DNA of 63,521 bases, filler included, from Octopus bimaculoides (GCF_001194135.2; 5 parts of 5 records of this genome joined end to end with filler, not necessarily neighbours in it), one strand, 5' to 3'. Shown: positions 1 to 12,244, numbered from the whole stretch's first letter. Translations and numbers: made by a program. Notes: a model not told the origin generated them from the sequence alone.

Positions 1-374
1 AGAGTTATTAATATTTCTAAGTCTCTCTAAAGGAGACTACGGCAGCGGTACTGGAAATTAATAGTTATCGCCAAGCCAACATGGCAGTCCCAAAATTAGG
101 ACGAAAGCTGCCGTGAATTAGCTCCAAGAAGCCATCGCCTCTAGCTAGCTATGTGACACACGAAACCTGTGTCCTTTATAACCTTCGAACAGGGGAGGTC
201 AGCAGTGTCCCCCTGCTGGTTTGGCATCTGCAGACTAGACTAGTTTCAGGGTGTTGCCCCTTGTCAATGCAGAGTAGCCAAGCCTTAGCCAGGCGGCGCT
301 GCTGACTATCTGCTCGAAGGTTATTTATCTAATTTCAGTGGAATCTATATATGTATATATATATATATATGAGT

Positions 375-418
375 AGGCCTTGATGAATGCCACAAGGTAT
401 GAAAATACGTATTCGCCT
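375..418 (+). ncRNA. Minimal type-I hammerhead-like motif with variant core (PLE pLTR-type)
   Basis: Reads AGGC-CTTGATGA-ATGC(cacaag)GTAT-GAAA-ATACGTAT-TC-GCCT. This gives stem I AGGC/GCCT, stem II and a palindromic stem III. The core has one extra T. It follows a (TA)n tract. Confidence 0.5.
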
Positions 419-715
419 TTATATATTTAATTCTTTATATTGAACACTCAATATTTCATATTTCATATATTCAATAAGACATTCGATGCTTCATTTCATT
501 GTACTATCTATTTTTATATTATATATTACATATTCCATATTCTATATCCCACATTAATTTTACAAGAATATAAATAAAACATAAAAAACAGACACAGTTG
601 GAACTCTTTTAAATAAAATCAATCCAAACAAAGACAAGCAAGAGAAAACAACGCGAGGACCTGGTATAAGCACTGTGTTATTAGACTCTCAGGAAAGGAG
701 AGAAAAGAAATGAGA

Positions 716-750
716 ATTTCACGTTTCGAGCGGAGCTCTTCATCAGAAAT
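716..750 (-). ncRNA. Minimal hammerhead ribozyme motif, probably inactive (G17)
   Basis: The reverse complement reads ATTT-CTGATGA-A-GAG(ctccg)CTC-GAAA-CG-T-G-AAAT. The core is canonical with a 4-bp stem I, but the cleavage-site base is G. Confidence 0.65.
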
Positions 751-2139
751 ATAGAAAAAGTCCAAAGAAGGGAAGGCGGAGAAAGAAAATCGGCAATGAT
801 ACACATGCGGTCACATCTATATTACATTAGTACAAGATATGTATACAGAAAGTCATGTTGCGCACAGGAAGTTCCTTATTCCCATTCGTCTATCAGTGAA
901 CGTTATAATCAATTACGATATAATGCAATCTAGAAAATCTGAGCGATAAATGTTTCTACAAGATGTAAATAAAAGAATCAAGGAATACACGAATATATTT
1001 TTTTAATTTCTATATAGAATCCATATGATTACAGCCGTTTTCTAACCTTCGTCTTATAGTATTAATTTCAGTATGGAAAATTTATATGTTTAAATCAGTG
1101 TGTAACTCGCATTATACAATATGTATAGTGAGTTTACTTATAGACGTGGTAGCCTACCGTGTGTGTGTGTGTATATATATGTATATATGTATGTATATTT
1201 ACACATGATGGGCACACACACTTTAATGTGTTACATGTTATTTGTCAACACTGAAAAATGCCACAGCCTAAATTCTTTTTATGTCCGACACATTTAGGAA
1301 GCAGAAGAACTGAGACTACGTTCTTACCCGTGATTGAAGCCTTTGCTCACGTAGCTGTTAGAGTCAGCACTATTCTGATTATAAACTCATATACTCAATA
1401 CGCTCAGAACTCGTAGCACCTGCCGTATATTGCCACAGCTCTCCAGCCTTCGAAAGGATACTGTCAATAAAAGACGCTGACTGCCCAGTCAGCCGTGTCG
1501 AACAACGAGTGTCCAAACAACCACGCCCATTTGTCTGATTCTGTCAATGACCTGGGCAGGTTAATGATGCTGATGTATCAGAAAATATCTTATTGAGAGT
1601 CTATCTGTGCATTGTTGTTCCGTGCCGCCACTAATGAAAACTGTGGCCACATATATTGCCAAATGATGTGGAAAGCCTTGTTCTGATTCATACACAACCA
1701 CGGAATTGATATTTGCATAGAAGCTAAGATAACAATTCCATGAGATAACAATTATTTTTGAAATGCAGTCCCATGTAGTGTTCCATTGTTTTAAAATCAT
1801 TTAATGGATATCAGTTTGAAGTTTCTACATCTTAGGCCGTCTGTTTTGTTCATAAACCATATATTGTGTTGTGTTTCAGTTTATACATCATCTCCGGGAG
1901 GCAAACCACTTTGAGCCGTTGGAAATGTAACGTTGCATTGCCATCTATTACATCCTAATTATTTTAATGGAGATCACCACTGCATATGTACGCATCTTCC
2001 CTTTTGTGAAGTATATGAAACTACGATCTGATCAAGAAAAGAAGAAAGTGACAATGAATACCAATATTTTATATACAACCAAGTAATCCCATTAATAACG
2101 ACTTCGAGTTTTTATTCGTGAAGGAATTATGGGTGCCGC

Positions 2140-2227
2140 TACTGTCATTGTTGTTGTTGCTTTTGTTGTCGTTCTTGTTGCTTCGCTACTGTTTCTACAA
2201 CTGCTGTTGCTGCTACAACGGCTGCTG

Positions 2228-2274
<47 letters not shown>

Positions 2275-2275
2275 G

Positions 2276-2330
<55 letters not shown>
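2140..2330. repeat. Compound trinucleotide microsatellite (TTG/CTG/CTA)n
   Basis: Directly visible. It explains the poly-Y/L/V ORFs. Confidence 0.95.
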
Positions 2331-2332
<2 letters not shown>

Positions 2333-4651
2333 TACTTTGGTGTATGCCTTAAAAGAGTAATATCGCGGTGAATGCCCTGTCAATTTTGTGGTTGCTAATT
2401 GGAGCAATATGAACACTAATTGCAATTAAGAGTTATCGAGTTTAAAAAGAATTGATAAATAAACCTTTACATCAGCAAGCCTGTTAGAAAAATATTAGAC
2501 AAAGCATACACGACTGTAGCAACAACGTTGCCTTAATTATTCAGGACGATGCCTTAAACAACGTTCTAATACTAAATGTTAAAGAGCCAAAACAAATAAC
2601 GAAAAATACTTGTTTCTTATAATTTAGATATTCAACGAATCACCACTCTGCTATGTCAAAAGTGAAGAGAATATGTAAAGAAACACTGGATGCATTCATG
2701 ACGTATGAAAATAATCTATAACCAGATTTAACACATTTCGAATTGAAGTCCTTTGAAATGGGCCGACCTAACGTTGAAAAACGGGAGCAATGAATAAATA
2801 TCGATGCAGGTCTATGTTTGGAAAACACGGGGCAAAGTTACTCACACTTACAATACCCTCACACAGAAACGCATACGCGCACCAACTCACACACATAGAA
2901 GCACGCACACGAAAAGCAATCGAACACATGCACGCACAGGCAGAATTAATATTTTTCAGTATCGCATATGTGAACACGAGCATCAGTATCTGTGTATTTC
3001 CGGTTGAGCAGTCAATGCTTCAGTGCATTTCCGTCAGCGTGGTTGGCGTGAGGTTCAAGTGTACAAGGCTTTCTGTTCTCAAGTGTAATGATTGAACACT
3101 CAGTACCTGTGCTGTGTGTGAATCTTGCTATTAGTTTAACCGAATTGCCGCTGTCACGCATAAATCTATTGGCCCATGTAAAACAGTATCTTTCATAGTA
3201 CGATGTAAGTAATGCCGTGCATTCTGATGAATTATGGTTTCTGTGCATTTTGTAAAACAATGCTACAACAAAATCTCTCTTGGACAGTAAGCTGTTGATA
3301 GCGTTATATAAGTCTTCCGTTCGACAAGCTATGTTCAGAAAAGCACTCATATGAACTGCAACGATGTGGTTGGATATTGCTGAAGTATTCTCTCCAATAC
3401 AGTGCCAGACGAAAGCCACAGTAGAAAGTTAGAATATAGAATTGTCATAATGTAAAGATTAAATTAAAATCGTTATACATATTTGTAAAAAAATATAGTT
3501 AATTAATCTAGATTGCATTTTATGATCACTGGCCGTTTGACTTGATATTTTTTGATACTGCAAAGTACTTCACTATTTTATATATTTATAGAAATCTTAT
3601 CTGTAAAAAGCGATTATAAATTTTGTATTACATGGAAATAAGAATCACGATGATGAAGGTAACCCAATACATAAATGTACCTGTTTGTATTGCCCAAAAC
3701 GCTTCTTGATTTCCTGAGTTATATAAATCATATCGAAGCTCAGTTAGTTTTATTGTTACAACACATCAAGCTATGATTCATCATCAACGTGGTGCATTTC
3801 AGTTCCTATCTTGTTGACAGCGTTCTATTGTTGCTACCACATGTGCATGTATGGCGTTTCTGGATGAAAATGGTGGCGCAACACAAAGTAAATGAATCAT
3901 ACCAGCCAATTCAAAAAGTTCTGACAAAAGTTCTGACAAATCTAACAGATGAGTTCCATAGCTTGCCTAATGGAAATGAGATGAAACTTTCCAGACACCA
4001 CCAACATGTACATTTTACTGAGTGATATATTCCTGAATGCGAATTGATTGTCACATGAGTAATAACATGAACCCGTTATTTTTTGTATGAGAAATACATA
4101 AATTTATAAAATATTGATGTAAACTTCCAACAATTTTTAACATTCTAATAAGTAAATATCCCGAAGAAAGTTTATTTTATAGTTAAGCGAAAAGTATCAT
4201 TCGATTATACTCTGTAAATGCTAGCTTTTTCCTGCTTTTGTGCACATCATCTAAAGTCTACCATGCCCACCCAAAGCTTCATACGTTTTCAATACATACA
4301 AAGTGAATTATGTTTTACCTACACATTGTCTATGTTTACGCCCTGAAATTATTGACAAATACACATCAGAGACACATACATACATGCATATATTCACACA
4401 AACATACGTATATACACATACATATATTTGTATGTATGAATATTTGTATTTATGGATATATATATATGTGTATATATATGAATGCATATATTTAATATTT
4501 GTGTGTATATATAGACATGTATATATTAGTATATACGTATGCCTATATATTTATAAAGATAAATTAGAGAGATACTATTGACAATCTATTACATGATATA
4601 GTATGAATATAATATAACATAATATTATATAGCATATCGTCTCTGTGTGTG

Positions 4652-4692
<41 letters not shown>

Positions 4693-5885
4693 NNNNNNNN
4701 NNNNNNNNNNNNNNNNNNNNNNNNNNNNNNNNNNNNNNNNNNNNNNNNNNNNNNNNNNNNNNNNNNNNNNNNNNNNNNNNNNNNNNNNNNNNNNNNNNNN
4801 NNNNNNNNNNNNNNNNNNNNNNNNNNNNNNNNNNNNNNNNNNNNNNNNNNNNNNNNNNNNNNNNNNNNNNNNNNNNNNNNNNNNNNNNNNNNNNNNNNNN
4901 NNNNNNNNNNNNNNNNNNNNNNNNNNNNNNNNNNNNNNNNNNNNNNNNNNNNNNNNNNNNNNNNNNNNNNNNNNNNNNNNNNNNNNNNNNNNNNNNNNNN
5001 NNNNNNNNNNNNNNNNNNNNNNNNNNNNNNNNNNNNNNNNNNNNNNNNNNNNNNNNNNNNNNNNNNNNNNNNNNNNTATATGCATAAGCATACACAAACA
5101 CACGTCTGTGTATGTGTACATATACATGTATAAAAAGGAGGCTGAATGTTTCGTGTTCCTGTCTACATTTGCCTTCAATTGATTTATAAGTATGTTCGTC
5201 AAATTATTATTAAATTGACCTTGAATTTAATGGAAGACTCTGATTAAGAAATACATATTTCTTTGTGTACAAGTATATTTTTGTGTCATTTTGGTTCTTG
5301 GTAGAAGTATGTGTGTCTGTGTATGTGGGCTAATCATGTCTGTTACTCTATGAGGTGTGACATTTGATATGCAAGTAGTTGTCTATATTGATCGTATACA
5401 TATCATTAGCTAATCTGTGTTATGTTTCCTAAGTGATATTGGGTTAAGATATACAAATTGCCTTGATCATATGCGTGTTATACATTTTGGTGTATGTTCC
5501 TTGACCGATGTAGTTAGGTAATGGCAAATGGCCCGCTGACCAGACAAAGAAAGACGAACACATGTTCATAAATCTCGTCTTTCAGGACAAAGAACCAGCC
5601 ATATTACCTCATGGTATATCAAATTCAGACAATTCGCGATTCTGAAGATCATCTGTCTATCTAATATGGAGTTGTTATCACTTGCCAAATGGTAATTGTG
5701 AAACAAAATTTCTAGAAGTTGAGATCAGTTTAATAAATCAAAACACTCTCTTTGTATTGTATCTGATATAACTATGTTTGTCTGAGTTGTTCATGTAAAT
5801 GCCAGAGGTCACTTTGAATTATTTCTCTTATTAGACTTTTAAGTAATATTGTATGTATGTATGCGTGTGTATGTATACATGTATG

Positions 5886-5920
<35 letters not shown>

Positions 5921-5966
5921 NNNNNNNNNNNNNNNNNNNNNNNNNNNNNNNNNNNNNNNNNNNNNN

Positions 5967-6031
<65 letters not shown>

Positions 6032-7133
6032 ATACATATGGATAATGTATATGTGCATATCTATCAATTTATCTATCCATCTCACTGTCTGTCTATTCAT
6101 CTATCTAGCTAGCTATTATATAATGGTCTGTCATGCACACGGTACTGAAAAAGTAATGATATCACTGTAATTCAAATGAACAAAGGCGGTAAGTCTATAA
6201 AAAAAAGGCCAGTTAACTGTTTAAAGTGACAAATATTACGTAACATTTCACGTGGAACTTCTGTGTGAATTTGGTACGTAACCAATAGTTATTAAAAAGG
6301 TGATAAATTCTTTCCCAGTCTTCTTATTTTATTTTATTTTGCTGTTCGTTAAATGCATGCATTAGGTTTACTGATGTGGTAACTAAAATTTCTATACTTG
6401 TAGGAGTACAATTCAAGACAGCAGACACCCTCTATCTCAGGTTAAGTGCTGCGGGAGAAATACACCATGGAGCTTTAGATATATGAGTGTGGAGAGTGTG
6501 TGAGTGTGTGTGTTTATCGTATGCGTGTGTTTGTTTGTGTGTGTCTCTTACCGTGTGTGCCATCGTATATGTATGTCTGTATATTTTCTCACAGAGTCGA
6601 AAAGAGTATCGGATGTCAATACACTTGTGACACATCTGGAATAGTATTTGAAAATTAAAATTGTTATGGCGAAGTACAATTCGATTCAAATATATACAAC
6701 ATATATATATATTTGGGCATTTAATATCAAAATTGTAATTTTCAGAGATAAGTTTCACACATTTTTGTCATGTAATAATATATTTGAAATTAAATATAAC
6801 ATTGGGCATTTAATATAAAATTTCCAATTTTCAAGACTACGTTACGAAATTTGGACACGATTGTACGCCGATGGACAAGATAACCTTCCAAAGATGAGCT
6901 TACGAATGAAGACACCTGGTGGCTAGGTGAGCACGTCAATGGCACTCTGAATCACACATGAGGCTAGTTAAGGATTACACATGTATATATCGATTAACAG
7001 GAGCAGCAAAAACTAAATGATCCACGAAAGGTACTACAGGTCTGACTCTGAGAGTGGTAACTACGGTCTTGCTACCAACACAACAACCACACGCTCACAA
7101 ATAGGGATGTGTATAAATGTATATATATATAAA

Positions 7134-7184
<51 letters not shown>

Positions 7185-7228
7185 NNNNNNNNNNNNNNNN
7201 NNNNNNNNNNNNNNNNNNNNNNNNNNNN

Positions 7229-7240
7229 TTAATTAATTAA
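7229..7240. other. Artificial scaffold linker TTAATTAATTAA in an N44-12-N44 spacer
   Basis: The same 12-mer with 44 N on each side occurs four times. It is palindromic with stops in all six frames. Confidence 0.9.
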
Positions 7241-7806
7241 NNNNNNNNNNNNNNNNNNNNNNNNNNNNNNNNNNNNNNNNNNNNATATAGGTATTGTAAA
7301 TTTTAGAGGTAATACTTGATAAGTGTAAGCACCTGTATATGCCAGATAGTGGCTGAGGTGAAAGAATACATTAAAACGTAAAATGAAAACAGAACACAAA
7401 GGATTCCACGGTACACGTGTTTCAAGCTTTATACACAAACTGTCATTGTATCATTATATGAGTATATAATTGATAGAAAGGATAGTTTAAAGCTATCTTC
7501 AGCCACAAACATTTTCAGTCCCAAGATTACATCACAAAGAAAAAAGAAAAAGAGAGAGAAAAAGGAAAAGTCCACTTAGTATTATCCATTGCAATATGCT
7601 TATCCTTTAAATTGTTAAATCTGCATAAATGTTCCTTGGTATTCAAAAATCTGACCATATTGTACCACAATTCAGGGTAGAGTGAATGATAAATAGATTG
7701 GATTATATTTAACTGGCGTATATGAGATAGAAGGAGAAGAAAACGACTGTTTGTGTATAAAACATGTGTACCGTGATAGCCTTTGTGTTCTGTTTTCATT
7801 TTACGT

Positions 7807-7845
<39 letters not shown>

Positions 7846-7846
<1 letters not shown>

Positions 7847-8220
7847 CCAAGGTTTCAAATTTGTATATTTAAAAAAGATAGAGATTTTCAACGCGACCGA
7901 TTTTTATTCCATTTATTTAATTATTTACCATTCGATGTCAACATTTCTGTGCTCAAGCCTATCCAGCGACTGATCCGTTGGATGTCTGACGTTTGGCATT
8001 TCCTCAGGAATGGGTTCCAAAAATGTGCTCTCCAACGAATTCTATTTATGAAAGAATACGTCTTATGGATGAGCTGCTCCATGTAGATCTTCTTTGGTGG
8101 GATGGGTATGTCCTTCATGGCTATGTCGATGTTGAAAGTCTCCATTGGTAAGCGGTTATTTATCTGCGTCTATTGAAGACGAGAGATTATTTGGTAACGA
8201 TTACATCATTTACTGGAAAA
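7846..8220 (-). mobile_element. Penelope-like element, ORF N-terminal fragment
   Basis: METFNIDIAMKDIPIPPKKIYMEQLIHKTYSFINRIRWRAHF resembles the PLE N-terminal IP.P...RMRWKA.F motif. (TA)n lies on both sides, and the sequence is homologous to 26535-27110. Confidence 0.65.
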
Positions 8221-8289
8221 TTATATATATATATATATATATGAATATATATGTATCAATGTATATGTGTGTTAGTCTGTGTATATATT

Positions 8290-9960
8290 TATATATAAAT
8301 ATGCTGGTATAACATGCAACACTCACCATCTGAGTAACTTTTTAGATATCCTGCCCAGGCCATTCCTCAAACACACCAAAAGTTTCATAAGAAATGACTT
8401 AGATATCCTAAACCATCTTCTGAAAACAGTCAATGAAAAAACTCTGATAGCATCTTTCAATATAGTGAATCTTTATTCAGGCATCCCTCATGATTTTCAA
8501 ATTAAGACCATTAAATTCTGCCGTGATAATTATCCTGGTAAAATTCCACAACACAGAGAAAGAATATATCGCCATAGGACTAAAATTTATTCTAGTAAAA
8601 GACTACTTAATGTTCAGTAACAACTTTTATCGGCAAAAATCTAAGACTGTAATGGGGATGAAAACACCCTCTTTCTTTGCAAATTTAATTACGGGTTATC
8701 TAGACATTTGATGTACCAGATATGTTGGAACTGTTTCATGATATACAGAGTGTGACAGAAGCGATGCCCTTTTGTATTTCAGTTTTCTGGTTTCTAATTG
8801 AGTTTCTTGTTTTATTTCCTAAAACTTCTGTGATTTTTTTAAATTGGTTTATTATTCGTTTCTTTAAGTAATGCAATAAATTTGTGTTCAATAAAAAAAT
8901 TACTTAACAAACATTTATATACTATAAAAGTTATTAAATGCAAAAAGGGCGTTACTTCTGCCACACCCTGTATATACAAGAAAACTGGGAAATTTTTCTT
9001 CAATGATTACTTCATTCTATGGAATGAATGCATAAAGAAATCAAAAGAATCTAAAATACCCCCCAATGGAATTAATAATATATACCATTCACCATGGAAT
9101 ACAGCCATAACCAACTCCCATTTTTAGACATCTTAATAATGAAAGTCAACAATCTAATAGAGACAGACAATTATTATAAACCTTAATGTTCCATTCAAGT
9201 GATGCCATCTGAAACACACCAGAATAACTAAGCCAAAAGGATCTATACAATAATATTCGATGCAAACATCTATAACATAAGACTTCAAAAATTACTCATC
9301 ACCCTTAATTGATAATGAAATACAATGAATCAATAAATTCAATATCCAGGAACCAAGACAAACAAAACAAAGACATATATTAGAATTGAAAGTCCTACTA
9401 TACATTCCACCAACAGTTCTAAAACCAGTAAGGTTAACAACATATTTCAAAACATGCCAACACTTAAAAAGGATTACAAAATGAACAAAATCCTTCAAAC
9501 ACCATCATAAAAAGCAAAAGACAACCGAAATCAATGAAAAGATACTAATAAAAGCCAGACATCATACAGTAACAACAGGACCAACAGTAAAAGAAATATA
9601 AGTCTCAGCTGTGGCATACGTTTTAATCTGACACAAAGACATCTTTAAACAAGATCATCTCTTTACAATAAAAAGTAACTTCACCTGTGCCTCTAAAAAT
9701 CAAATCTATTCATTTACCTTCTCAAGATGTTGAGATAACCACATGGGACAAACTGGGATGTCCTTAAAGTAATGCATGTCTCTGCATAGATCACAAATTA
9801 GAATACTGGAATACAGACAAATGGGACTCAGTAAACATATAAGCACATGTGCAGTTAAGGAGTGGCCAAATGTTTCGATATTCCCCCACATTAATTTAGT
9901 GATTGCACAAGACAACAACAATGCATCAACAAAGAAACAACTTGTATGACCAAATAATGA
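8290..9960 (+). mobile_element. Decayed Penelope-like element: RT plus GIY-YIG endonuclease
   Basis: RT-like segments include HLSNFLDIL, IASFNIVNLYSGIP, FYRQ..TVMGMKTP.FFANL..GYLD and LPFLDIL. A GIY-YIG-like SNFTCASKNQIY..C..HMGQTG lies near 9680-9780. There are many stops and frameshifts. Confidence 0.85.
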
Positions 9961-10267
9961 CCACTTTTATATGACTGTGGGAGAAAAAGTAGATAACTTG
10001 TCATATGACAGGTAACTTTGGAAGTATATTTTTATCATTATAGATAATACCAGGAAATATAGCATACTTACAATAGTTATGATTTAACTTTTATCAAATT
10101 TTTTGGTGCTTATATAAAATGGTGAAAGGATTATTAATTTTTGGAAGAAAAATATTTATTGACTTAAAGCAAAATTAGATGAAACAATATTCAAAAAGTG
10201 AGAAAAATGAATGCAAAATTATTTTCTGCATTGATTTTATATTATGGAAGTTCATACACAAACATAT

Positions 10268-10301
<34 letters not shown>

Positions 10302-10928
10302 CTGAGATTTTCACTGTTGTGAAGTTTATGAGCATGTGTGATTATGTTTGTACATTATCCTTTTTTCTTAACTATTTGAATTCTTAATGAACTGATTTCC
10401 AACAGCTCCATTGCTGGAATTTAGATTACAACAACTATGAAGAATTACAGGTTAAACTCCAGAAAAGTCTTGTATTTTTTTACTGTTCTGTTTTCAAATT
10501 ATATTTGTAGAGTATGTATAAGAGGGTTATTTTCTTTGTGTGAAATCACCAATTTTCCCACATTATTGCTTAAATAATATTTAGTAACATAACCATTATA
10601 CACACACACATTCTAAATAATTAATACAGAAGACAGAGTATACTGGAAACTTTATTTATCACAATGATCATTTCAGCATAATTCTACATTACTTCCTAGT
10701 GGGTGAGAAATGGTATAATGAATTCCAGTGCATCCCACTGTTCAGAAATGCCTCATCAGGTGACATAATAGGATTCCAAGTTACATAAGTGATATTTTGC
10801 TCATAGGCTTAGCTAAATGATGTTGGTAGTAGTTGCATCTCAAATACATTGGTGATGAATGAAGATATACAGTTTGGATGCTAAATTTTAAATTGCAAAT
10901 GTCAAATCTAAACTTTAATTATAACTTT

Positions 10929-10971
<43 letters not shown>

Positions 10972-10976
<5 letters not shown>

Positions 10977-11117
10977 AGGAAGGGCATCCAGCTGTAGAAA
11001 CTCTGCCAAATTAGATTGGAGCCTGGTGTTGCCATCCGGTTTCACCAGTCCTCAGTCAAATCGTCCAGCCCATGCTAGCATGGAAAGCGGACGTTAAACG
11101 ATGATGATGATGATGAT
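10972..11117 (+). mobile_element. Short repeat sharing the RTE LINE 3' end, with (GAT)n tail
   Basis: Closely matches 25675-25830 (GTTAGGAAGGGCATCCAGCTG...GACGTTAAA-GATGAT). Confidence 0.75.
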
Positions 11118-11134
11118 ATATATATACATATATC

Positions 11135-11325
11135 TTTTACTTGTTTCAATCATTTGACTGCAGCCATGGGGCATTGCCTTAAAGGGTTTCAGTTGAACAA
11201 ATCAACCTCAGGATCAATTTTTTTAACCTTAGGACTTATTCTATTGGCCAATTTTGCTGAACCACTAAGTTACAGGAATGCAAACACACAAACACTGGTT
11301 ATCAAGCAGTGGTGGGGAACACACA
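11135..11325 (-). mobile_element. SINE family B, 3' half
   Basis: The reverse complement aligns by eye with 40880-41075. Confidence 0.6.
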
Positions 11326-11373
11326 CAGACACACACACAAACACACACACATATATATATATACATATACATA

Positions 11374-12026
11374 TGAGAGAAAATCAAAAATTATCCACAC
11401 TTTCGCCATAACATATCCTCATTTTTGTCACACTGCCTTCTGCACATACTTGCTTATAGTTGGAACTGCTGCAGTCATGTGATTGAAGTATGAGCCTAAT
11501 CAAGCCATTTTTCTTTCTGGCTTTACAATGTAAGCATGGCTGCTCCACTAGCTATGTCCACCAAGGAAGAACAAAGGACAGTAATCCAATTTCTCTGGTC
11601 AGAAGCTGTGTCATGCACTGAAATTCATTGGAAGTTCTTAGCAGAAAATGGGAACAGTGCAATACCATGCAGAAGTGTGTATGGGTGGATTGAGAAGTTT
11701 AAAAGTGGCTGGACAGGCATGATGCACAAAGAGGGAGCAGAACACCTGTCAACCTCCACCACTGATGAGAAGATTCAGCAAGCTCAAGAGATGGTAATGG
11801 TGAACTGATTTATCATTACCATCTCTCAGATTACTGCTCTTTGTTCTTCTTTGGTGTACACTTCTAGTGGAGTGGCCATGCTTACACTGTAAAGCCAGAA
11901 AAGAAAATGGCACGATCACATGACCACAATGGTACCCACTATAAGCACGTATGTATGGCCAGAAGGCAGTGTGACCATAATGAAGATATGTTATGGTAAA
12001 AGTGCAGATAATTTTGACTTCCCTCG
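11374..12026 (+). mobile_element. Internally deleted mariner element with TIRs
   Basis: ORF 11536-11808 (KEEQRTVIQFLWSE...SVYGWIEKFKSG) is a mariner HTH N-terminus. Imperfect TIRs GAGAGAAAATCAAAAATTATCCACAC / GTGCAGATAATTTTGACTTCCCTCG lie in a TA context. Confidence 0.85.
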
Positions 12027-12043
12027 TGTATATATATATAAAT

Positions 12044-12088
<45 letters not shown>

Positions 12089-12112
12089 ATATAAATAGTA
12101 AAATGAAATGAT

Positions 12113-12244
12113 GTATTGAATGTCTTATTGAATAGGGGCTAGTATACTTTCCTGCTTCATAGCAGTCATCAAGGTTCCGTCTGACTGATGACTGCTATGA
12201 AGCAGGAAAGTATACTAGCCCCTATTCAATAAGACATTCAATAC
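12113..12244. repeat. Perfect 59-bp inverted repeat (14-nt loop) containing hammerhead cores
   Basis: 12113-12171 is the exact reverse complement of 12186-12244. The right arm reads CTGATGA-CTGCT(atga)AGCAG-GAAA-GTATAC-TA. Confidence 0.9.

Noticed and set aside
39-114. Canonical type-III hammerhead (stem-GAAA-stem junction)
   Set aside because: There is no CUGANGA before stem II and no UH after the 5' strand. Kept only as an unclassified structure.
1328-1374. Isolated splice-site pairs (also 5586-5690, 23261-23360, 43921-43932)
   Set aside because: Short chance-level exon candidates that cannot be linked into a coherent reading frame.
3638-3713. Degenerate hammerhead (TGATGA...CCC-AAAACG) or a 33-nt minus-strand microexon (EIKKRFGQYKQ)
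   Set aside because: C3, G12 and U16.1 are all altered, and the splice acceptor lacks a pyrimidine tract. Neither reading is supportable.
4564-6170. Long ORFs spanning N runs (also 12222-12935 and 35380-36339)
   Set aside because: They are artifacts of unknown bases and TA/TG repeats.
10640-10800. Possible minus-strand terminal exon (YEQNITYVTWNPIMSPDEAF...RK*) with AATAAA
   Set aside because: An in-frame stop lies directly upstream, the acceptor is poor and I recognise no homology.
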